Shown: in pieces, positions 25,565 to 32,000 of the stretch
Layout of the letters: each line of letters opens with the position of its first letter
How positions within the stretch are numbered: the first letter of the stretch is position 1
Assembly (NCBI RefSeq): GCF_001548275.1
Contig: NZ_AP014945.1
Span: 1,440,001-1,472,000, forward strand
Length of the DNA: 32,000 nucleotides
DNA from: Caldimicrobium thiodismutans
GTDB taxonomy: Bacteria; Desulfobacterota; Thermodesulfobacteria; Thermodesulfobacteriales; Thermodesulfobacteriaceae
Direction: 5' to 3'
The notes under the pieces: model-generated
The model's database searches: none
Told to the model about the DNA's origin: nothing
What the model saw: only the letters and a program-made list of their open reading frames with translations
Program-made: the position numbers and the translations under genes

Positions 25565-26934
25565 TCTCTTATAAGGATGGCAGAGAAGAATCCATCAAGG
25601 CCATGTCTATGGGGATAGCTCTTAAAAAAGGTTCCCTCTATTAAAGTTTCTCCTCTTTCAGCACAGAGTTTTTTTAAAATAGGAAGAGGGGAGTGTAGGG
25701 AGAACTCGGGATTTTTTTCAAGAAAGGTCTCAATGACCTCTTCATTTTCTTCTGGTTCGAGGCTACAGGTTGCATAAAGAAGTTTTCCTCCTTTTTTAAG
25801 ATAAGGGGCAAGCCCTGAAAGTAAATGTAATTGTTTTTTGAAATTTTCTCTGAAATCTTTTTTTCTCCTTACCCATTTGATATCTGGATGTCTACGAATG
25901 ATACCTGTTCCAGAACAGGGAGCATCAAGCAAGATTTTATCAAAGCTCCTAATTTTTAATCTTTTAAGTCCCTCTACAACATCCCCTTTAAAAACTTTGG
26001 GTTCTCTAAGGCCTAATCTTCTGAAGTTTTCTTTAAGTTTTTTCAAGCGGGATTCGTAAAGGTCAAAAGCAACTATTTCAGCCTGGTTATTTGTAAGTTC
26101 TGCTATGTGGGAGGTCTTCCCACCAACTCCGGCACAGGCATCAAGGATTAATTCCCCGGGTTTGGGATCAAGAAGAAAGCCAGCTAATTGACTGGCTGAA
26201 TCTTGGACACTAAACCATCCCAGCTCAAAACCCTTTAGCTCGGCAATCTCTCCTCTAAATTCTTTAAGCACAATCCCATAGGGGCTATATTTACAGGGCT
26301 CAGCAGAAGGAAGAACTTCCTCTTGTAGATATTTTAAAAAGTTTTCCCTTGAAACTCTTAGAGGATTTACTCTTATCACTAAGGGAGGTTTGCTGTTACT
26401 TGCCTGAAGAAGCCTTTCCAGTTCCTCAAGTCCAAAGCGCTTAAACCACTTAATTATCAACCACTCTGGAAAGGAGTATTTTATACTCATGTAATAAAGA
26501 GGATGCGCCCTTGGGGGTTCGGGAAGATTGGCTTTTTTTTCGGCAATTCTGTGCAAAATTGCATTGACAAAACCTCTTATCCAGCTTGCTCTCCTCCTCT
26601 TTAAAAGGAGCTTTAAGGTCTCCGCAAGAACTGCTCTCTCTGGGATTTTCGTAAAAAGCAATTGATAGATACCAAGCCTTAGGGCATTTTTAACCTCGGG
26701 GTCCAACTTATGAAGAGGAACTTTGGAAAATCGCTCAATCAAAAAATCCAGATAAAGGAGATGTCTCACAACACCATTTACCAATTCCCCTACTAAGGCC
26801 CTATCCCTTTTATCAGAAAGGGGATTTTGGGTAAGTAAATGGGTGAGGAGTGCATCTAAAGGGGGTTTGTCTTTTTCCCAAAAAATTAAGGCTCTAAGGG
26901 ATAGGGCTCTTGCATCCTTGAGAGAATTGGCCAT
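25558..26934 (-). CDS. rsmB: 16S rRNA (cytosine967-C5)-methyltransferase
   Basis: It has a NusB-like N-terminal domain. SAM/NOL1-NOP2-Sun motifs are DACAGVGGKT, LLDAPCSGTG and YATCSLEPEENE. I prefer the ATG at 26934, 11 nt after the uvrB stop; the track ORF starts at 26964. The last two codons, GCA and TAA, lie inside element copy A. Confidence 0.88.
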   Translation of the reverse strand: MANSLKDARALSLRALIFWEKDKPPLDALLTHLLTQNPLSDKRDRALVGELVNGVVRHLLYLDFLIERFSKVPLHKLDPEVKNALRLGIYQLLFTKIPERAVLAETLKLLLKRRRASWIRGFVNAILHRIAEKKANLPEPPRAHPLYYMSIKYSFPEWLIIKWFKRFGLEELERLLQASNSKPPLVIRVNPLRVSRENFLKYLQEEVLPSAEPCKYSPYGIVLKEFRGEIAELKGFELGWFSVQDSASQLAGFLLDPKPGELILDACAGVGGKTSHIAELTNNQAEIVAFDLYESRLKKLKENFRRLGLREPKVFKGDVVEGLKRLKIRSFDKILLDAPCSGTGIIRRHPDIKWVRRKKDFRENFKKQLHLLSGLAPYLKKGGKLLYATCSLEPEENEEVIETFLEKNPEFSLHSPLPILKKLCAERGETLIEGTFFKSYPHRHGLDGFFSAILIRDA

Positions 26935-26944
26935 ACAATTTCCT

Positions 26945-28963
26945 TTAAGCCCATTTGAGGGCAAGCTGTCTCAAGCTAAATAGTCTATCTCTAAGAATTG
27001 CTGCCCTTTCAAATTCATAGTTCTTGGCAGCTCTCTTCATCTCCTTTTCTACTCTTTCCATCTCCTCTTTTAGCTCTTCAAGGCTTGTGAAGTGTTCATC
27101 AATCTCAACAACTTTTTCAAGATCCACAAAATCAGCCTCAACCATTTTCATAAGAGGATCCTCTAAGGATTTGACAATTGTTTGAGGAGTTATCCCATGC
27201 TTTAGATTATATTCTTCCTGGATCCTTCTCCTTCTTTCAGTCTCCTGGATAGCTTTTTTCATGGAGGGAGTTAAAGTTTCCCCATAAAGAATGGCTGTGC
27301 CATTTACATTACGAGCAGCTCTTCCCATAGTCTGGATAAGACTTCTTTCTGAACGAAGGAAGCCCTCTTTATCCGCATCAAGGATAGCCACAAGGCTTAC
27401 CTCAGGTATGTCCAATCCCTCGCGCAAAAGATTGATTCCTATAAGGACATCATAGACCCCTCTTCTAAGATCCCTGATAATCCGAGCCCTTTCAAGGGTC
27501 TTTAAGTCTGAATGTAGATAACAGGCCTTGATCCCCAATTCCTTGTAGTAATCAGTAAGCTCTTCAGCCATTCTTTTAGTAAGGGTGCAGACAAGGACTC
27601 TCTCTCCTGCAGAGACCCTTTTTTTTATTTCAAAGTAAAGATCCTCTACCTGATTGGTGGAAGGTCGTACCTCTATTTTGGGATCCAGAAGTCCCGTAGG
27701 TCTTATAATCTGCTCAATAATTCTACCCTTAGCCTTTTCAACTTCATAATCTCCAGGGGTAGCTGAGACATAAATAACCTGATTAACCCGTTCTTCAAAT
27801 TCTGAAAAGGTAAGAGGGCGGTTATCAAGAGCAGAGGGGAGTCTAAAACCATACTCAACCAGAGTTTCCTTTCTTGAGCGATCTCCTCTAAACATTCCCC
27901 TTAGTTGTGGTATGGTGATGTGGCTTTCGTCAATAAAGAGGAGAAAATCATCCGGGAAGTAATCCAGAAGGGTATAGGGAGGCTCCCCGGGGTTCCTTCC
28001 ATCTAAGTATCTACTATAGTTTTCAATGCCCTTACAATAACCAGTTTCTTCAAGCATCTCAAGGTCATAGAGAGTTCTTTTTTCCAGTCTTTCTGCATAA
28101 AGGTAATGCCCCTGAGCCCTGAGATAACTAACTCTTTCTTTTAGTTCTTTTTTGATTTCTTCAATAGCTCGGAAGAGATTGGCTTCCGAGGTAACATAGT
28201 GGCTGGCTGGAAAAATTACCACACTCTGGATTTTACCCAGTACCTTTCCCCTGAAGGGGTCAATAACCTTGATATCTTCAATCTCAGCACCAAATAGGGA
28301 TAGCCTGAGGGCCTTTTTTTCTTCATGGGAAGGAAAGATCTCAATAAGATCCCCCCTTACTCTGAAGGTGCCGCGGGTGAAATCTGTCTCCACTCTTTGA
28401 TAATGCATGGTAACAAGTGCCCTTAAAAGTTCATCTCTTCTCAATTGTTGTCCCTTTTGAAGATATAGATGTTTGGAAAAATATTCATGTGGTGCTCCAA
28501 GCCCATAAATACAAGAAACACTGGCTATAACGATGACATCTCTTCGGGTGAGGACTGAGGTTGTGGCTGAATGTCTTAGCCTATCAATAAAATCATTAAT
28601 AGAGGCATCCTTTTCAATATAGGTATCAGTTGCAGGGACATAGGCTTCTGGTTGATAATAATCATAATAGGAAACGAAGTATTCCACTGCATTTTCCGGA
28701 AACAGTTTTTTAAACTCATTGTAGAGTTGTCCGGCTAAGGTTTTGTTGGGAGCGATGATAAGGGTAGGTCTTTGCACCTTAGATATAACCTGGGCCATGG
28801 TAAAGGTCTTTCCAGAGCCAGTAACTCCAAGAAGAACCTGGTGAGCAAGGCCATTCCTTACTCCTTCAACAAGCTGGGAGATGGCTTTGGGTTGATCCCC
28901 TCTGGGTTCAATCTCAGCTTTAAGTCTAAAGAGTAATTCCTTCTTAGGTATTAAGATCTCCAT
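26945..28963 (-). CDS. uvrB: Excinuclease ABC subunit B
   Basis: Motifs are GDQPKAI and [10 protein letters not shown]. Helicase motifs and a C-terminal UVR domain ([11 protein letters not shown]) are present. Confidence 0.95.
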   Translation of the reverse strand: MEILIPKKELLFRLKAEIEPRGDQPKAISQLVEGVRNGLAHQVLLGVTGSGKTFTMAQVISKVQRPTLIIAPNKTLAGQLYNEFKKLFPENAVEYFVSYYDYYQPEAYVPATDTYIEKDASINDFIDRLRHSATTSVLTRRDVIVIASVSCIYGLGAPHEYFSKHLYLQKGQQLRRDELLRALVTMHYQRVETDFTRGTFRVRGDLIEIFPSHEEKKALRLSLFGAEIEDIKVIDPFRGKVLGKIQSVVIFPASHYVTSEANLFRAIEEIKKELKERVSYLRAQGHYLYAERLEKRTLYDLEMLEETGYCKGIENYSRYLDGRNPGEPPYTLLDYFPDDFLLFIDESHITIPQLRGMFRGDRSRKETLVEYGFRLPSALDNRPLTFSEFEERVNQVIYVSATPGDYEVEKAKGRIIEQIIRPTGLLDPKIEVRPSTNQVEDLYFEIKKRVSAGERVLVCTLTKRMAEELTDYYKELGIKACYLHSDLKTLERARIIRDLRRGVYDVLIGINLLREGLDIPEVSLVAILDADKEGFLRSERSLIQTMGRAARNVNGTAILYGETLTPSMKKAIQETERRRRIQEEYNLKHGITPQTIVKSLEDPLMKMVEADFVDLEKVVEIDEHFTSLEELKEEMERVEKEMKRAAKNYEFERAAILRDRLFSLRQLALKWA

Positions 28964-29726
28964 AAAACCTTTTTACCTCTTCGGTATAATCCAGATTTTT
29001 TCCTTGATAAATGTATAGCGGGGCAAGGATCCTTAGGTCTTGCCTGACTCCTTTTAGGGCCTTAACAAGAAATAGTCTTGCCTCATCCCCGGGGTAGGAA
29101 TGAACAAGGCGTAACACTTTAGGTTCTAACTTGACCTCTCTTAGTAGGTCAAGAAATTCTGCAAGTCTTGAAGCCGTAAATATGGCATAGAATCTACCAC
29201 GATTTTTTAAAAGTTTAGCACAGGACTTAAGAAAGCTTTTGAGAGTAAAGGTCTCCCTTCGGGCAAGATTTTCAAGGAAGTAGGGACTTGTCCTGCCTGA
29301 ACCTGCCCTAAAATAGGGAGGATTAGCAAAGAGGACATCAAAAGAATTGGCTTTAAAGGGAGGATAAGTTATATCTCCTCGGAGAGCATAAGTTCTTTCT
29401 TCAAACTGATTGGCCTGGATACCTCTTTTTAGGGCCTCAGTGTAAAGGGGATCAATCTCAAGAAGAAAAAGCTTTGCCTGAGGAAACCTGATAAGGACAA
29501 GGAAACTTATGATACCTGTCCCTGCTCCTACCTCAAGGACTCTCTCATTTTTTTTAATCTCTAAAAAATGTGCAAGAAGCAGGGCATCTATCCCGAAACG
29601 ATAGCCTTGGCGAGGCTGAAAGACCTTTAAAGTCCCTTTATAAAAGAGGGTCTCTTCAAGAGCAGAGGTATAATTATTTTGGTAGTTCCTTTCTGTATCT
29701 TTCAAGCACATAGGAGATAGCTTCAT
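28944..29726 (-). CDS. NPPY-motif SAM-dependent methyltransferase, tRNA1(Val) m6A37 (TrmN6/YfiC)-like
   Basis: Motifs are [14 protein letters not shown], the SAM motif [12 protein letters not shown] and the catalytic FANPPYF. Confidence 0.7.
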   Translation of the reverse strand: MKLSPMCLKDTERNYQNNYTSALEETLFYKGTLKVFQPRQGYRFGIDALLLAHFLEIKKNERVLEVGAGTGIISFLVLIRFPQAKLFLLEIDPLYTEALKRGIQANQFEERTYALRGDITYPPFKANSFDVLFANPPYFRAGSGRTSPYFLENLARRETFTLKSFLKSCAKLLKNRGRFYAIFTASRLAEFLDLLREVKLEPKVLRLVHSYPGDEARLFLVKALKGVRQDLRILAPLYIYQGKNLDYTEEVKRFYGDLNT

Positions 29727-31230
29727 TTTTAGTTTTTAATACCCCTTCAATTGCTTTTATTTCAACCTCTTCAAGAATCTCTTTGAAAAGTGGCCCGGGT
29801 TTGAATCCTATCGCAATCAGATCCTTTCCTGTTATAAGTCGTTCCCGTTTTTCAACCCTTTCCAGGTCTTGTTGAAAACTCAAGAGGTCTTTAAAAAAGG
29901 CCTTAAGTTTTTCTTCATAATCTTTTTCTTTATCCGGTCCCCGGGATGCCAGAGAGTCAGCCATTGCAACTATCCATAGAGAAAAGAGCTCCGAATGGGC
30001 CTTAAGGAGATTTCTTTTAGCTCGAGCACTCAAGGTCTTATTTTCCCACTCTTTAAGAAGATGGCACGGTCTCATGTGGTTTTTAATGAGGCTAAAAACC
30101 CAATCCGCAATCTCATTTTTAAAACGAAGGGCCTTAGCCCTTGCTATCCAGAGCTCGGCACCTTTTGATTCATGGCCATAAAAAGTTATTCTTTCCTCAG
30201 ATTCACCATAGGTATAGCCTTTGCCAAGGTCATGCAAAAAACTTCCTAATTTCACTGCGATAACAAAGTCTTCCTCATTAAATATTTCGGGAATTTCATT
30301 CAGCCCAAGATATTTTTTCGGTTCTTTAAGAATGATTTCTGCCCACTTTAGGGCCTCTAAGCTATGAGCAAAGACATCTAAGTGGTGAAAACTGGGTTGA
30401 GGAAGGCCTTTCGCTGGAATTATCTCTGGAAAGAGTATCTCAAGAACTCTATCCTCATCCATGGCCTTAAAGGCTAAATAGGCCTTGTCAGAAATTAAAA
30501 TATATTTTAGTTCCATGGAAAGTCTCTCAGGGGCTATGAGTAAAAGCTTCTGAGCCTGATTCTGAAAGTATACGCGCGTTTTTTCTTCAAGATAACCATA
30601 ATTTAAAGCATAAAAGCGATATCCCCTGAGGATTCGTAGGGGATCTTTTTTTATATTCTCTTCTCCTAAGGCCCGAATAATTCCTTTCTGGAGGTCAGAA
30701 TAACCATAAAAGGGGTCATAAAGATAGAAAGGGCCCTCAAAAAGCCCCTCCAGAGGAATAGCCATGGCATTAAAGGTAAAATCTCTTTCTCTAAGATCCT
30801 CTTCAATGGTTTCCCCACGATAAAGGGTAAGATCAAGGGTGTAGCCTCCTTTAGCCAAACGATAAATACCAAATTCTTCTGAAAGGGGAACAGGGCTGAA
30901 GGATAACACCTCAGCTAAGTATTGGTAAAGAGCGTAGATGTCATATTTTACTGCGATATCAAGGTCTGTAATTCTTTTACCCAAAAGAAAATCCCTTACC
31001 GCACCCCCAACAATAAAGAGATCTTCTCGATGGGAAAACTTTCTCAATTGAGATAATAGCCTATCCTTTTCAGGAAAGGTAAGTAATTCAATAAAAAGGG
31101 CTTTATCCTTTTCTGAAAGTTCAACCATTAAAGAATTTGGAATTTTTTTATCTAAAATATAAAACATTTTGGCTAATTTTAATAGGATTAGTCCAATTAT
31201 CTCAAAAATATTTTCCCCCTCTTTTGGCAT
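29674..31230 (-). CDS. cca: CCA-adding enzyme / poly(A) polymerase family nucleotidyltransferase with HD domain
   Basis: The head domain has GGAVRDFLLGKRITDLDIA and RDFTFNA, and the HD domain has HDLGK. I prefer the ATG at 31230, with GAGGAG 6 nt upstream; the track ORF begins at a TTG at 31254. Confidence 0.85.
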   Translation of the reverse strand: MPKEGENIFEIIGLILLKLAKMFYILDKKIPNSLMVELSEKDKALFIELLTFPEKDRLLSQLRKFSHREDLFIVGGAVRDFLLGKRITDLDIAVKYDIYALYQYLAEVLSFSPVPLSEEFGIYRLAKGGYTLDLTLYRGETIEEDLRERDFTFNAMAIPLEGLFEGPFYLYDPFYGYSDLQKGIIRALGEENIKKDPLRILRGYRFYALNYGYLEEKTRVYFQNQAQKLLLIAPERLSMELKYILISDKAYLAFKAMDEDRVLEILFPEIIPAKGLPQPSFHHLDVFAHSLEALKWAEIILKEPKKYLGLNEIPEIFNEEDFVIAVKLGSFLHDLGKGYTYGESEERITFYGHESKGAELWIARAKALRFKNEIADWVFSLIKNHMRPCHLLKEWENKTLSARAKRNLLKAHSELFSLWIVAMADSLASRGPDKEKDYEEKLKAFFKDLLSFQQDLERVEKRERLITGKDLIAIGFKPGPLFKEILEEVEIKAIEGVLKTKNEAISYVLERYRKELPK

Positions 31231-31272
31231 AGGCTCTCCTCTTTTTTTTGCCAAAAAGGCAGATACACCCCC

Positions 31273-31524
31273 TGTATAAGCTCAGATCCTTACAAGAAAA
31301 AAGGAAGGGTGATAAAAGGGGAATTAGATATCTAAACAAGGGAGGCTTTACAAGTCTATGAAAGTAACACAGGCAATCTTGCCTGTGAAAGTAAAATACA
31401 CTCCAATCTGTGAAAGAAACACAGACAAGAATGTCTGTACTACAACAGACCCACAAAAAAAATTCAAGGGGTATAAAATTTTAAACCCCTACTATTTAAG
31501 TCTCAAAAGACCTGGACGCATACA
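31273..31524 (+). mobile_element. MITE-like element copy B (252 bp) with a perfect 5-bp target duplication CCCCC
   Basis: It reads TGTATAAGCTCAGATCCTTACAAG...AAGTCTCAAAAGACCTGGACGCATACA. CCCCC occurs at 31268-31272 and 31525-31529. It is the inverted partner of copy A. Confidence 0.85.
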
Positions 31525-31564
31525 CCCCCTTTGCTTTTTTTAAAAAGATATTAAAATTTTAGTT

Positions 31565-32000
31565 ATGGGTATTTTAGCTTTGGATTTAATTAAGACATTG
31601 GAAGAGCTTGATCCTCCTGTCAGAAAAGCCATTATTAAAGTTCTGGAAAGAATTGAGCAGATAATTGAGGATACTGTTAAGCGAGAGGATTTTTTTGAGT
31701 TAAAAAATATTGTAAAAGAACTTGCTATAGCCCAGAAGAGAACTGAAGAGAGAGTTGAGGAACTTGCTATAGCCCAGAAGAGAACTGAGGAGAGAGTTGA
31801 GGAACTTGCTATAGCCCAGAAGAGAACCGAAGAGAGAGTTGAGGAACTTGCTATAGCCCAGAAGAGCCTTGCAGAAGAGGTAAAGAGGCTTGCTGAGGAG
31901 CAGATAAAACTTGCTGAGGCCCAGAAGAGAACTGAAGAGAGAGTTGAGGAACTTGCTATAGCCCAGAAGAGAACTGAGGAGAGAGTTGAAGAACTTGCTT
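31565..32000 (+). CDS. Coiled-coil repeat protein, N-terminal part (DUF3782-like; the gene runs off the window end)
   Basis: Absent from the track because it is edge-truncated. My translation is [81 protein letters not shown]... The N-terminus plus [11 protein letters not shown] repeats resemble the DUF3782 / PD-(D/E)XK-associated coiled-coil proteins common in thermophiles. The C-terminal domain is outside the window, so the family call is tentative. Confidence 0.7.
   Translation, partial: MGILALDLIKTLEELDPPVRKAIIKVLERIEQIIEDTVKREDFFELKNIVKELAIAQKRTEERVEELAIAQKRTEERVEELAIAQKRTEERVEELAIAQKSLAEEVKRLAEEQIKLAEAQKRTEERVEELAIAQKRTEERVEELA
31718..32000 (+). repeat. Near-perfect 42-bp in-frame tandem repeats (14-aa unit [14 protein letters not shown])
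   Basis: The unit is gaacttgctatagcccagaagagaactgaagagagagttgag. Three consecutive copies differ by one substitution each. A diverged stretch follows, then at least two more copies continue past the window end. Confidence 0.9.

Noticed and set aside
25237-25644. ORFs 25381-25644 and 25237-25458 have mirror-image twins at 31202-31456 and 31358-31543 (MWVCCSTDILVCVSFTDW..., MPVKVKYTPICERNTDKNVC...).
   Set aside because: The protein-level identity simply reflects the 97% DNA identity of the inverted element copies. The ORFs cross the element boundaries into unrelated flanks, run through hairpins, lack an RBS, and overlap the real rsmB and cca ends.
25313-31524. A composite transposon or genomic island formed by the inverted element pair.
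   Set aside because: Each copy has its own matched 5-bp duplication, which indicates two independent insertions. The cargo is core housekeeping (uvrB, cca, rsmB) and is co-oriented with the neighbouring operons. No transposase is present.

Overview
The window is a gene-dense bacterial chromosomal segment of about 40% GC. It comes from a diderm organism, since it carries lpxK and an outer-membrane beta-barrel porin. Proteins are rich in Glu, Lys, Ile and Leu, which suggests a thermophile, possibly Thermodesulfobacteriota- or Aquificota-like; this is inference only. Most genes are housekeeping:
- dnaN (5' part), a Cu(I) P-type ATPase and thiD
- a porin, then a moxR / DUF58 / transglutaminase operon and a CDP-alcohol phosphatidyltransferase
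- rpe, lpxK, a HIT protein, an archaeal-type PEP carboxylase and argD
- a PaaK-like ligase with a livKHMGF ABC transporter
- rsmB, uvrB, an NPPY methyltransferase and cca

I saw no rRNA, tRNA, CRISPR array, transposase, integrase or recognisable defence gene.

Two things stand out in the non-housekeeping fraction.
1. A dispersed family of non-autonomous MITE-like elements has at least six copies in 32 kb.
   - Termini are conserved and imperfectly inverted (5'-TG...CA-3').
   - The two youngest copies have perfect 5-bp target duplications.
   - The interiors differ between copies and are built from GTAGGGG-footed, REP-like hairpins.
   - Two copies, each 252 bp and differing by 8 substitutions, lie in inverted orientation around a 5.7-kb block (rsmB-uvrB-methyltransferase-cca). 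One of them sits exactly on the rsmB stop codon.
2. A family of tail-anchored coiled-coil proteins has three paralogs, plus a DUF3782-like coiled-coil gene at the right edge.
   - They carry near-perfect in-frame tandem DNA repeats.
   - Repeat number differs greatly between recent paralogs, and one paralog is split by a frameshift.
   - Each of these genes lies next to a copy or a relic of the element.

All calls come from reading the sequence and the ORF track. No database search was possible.
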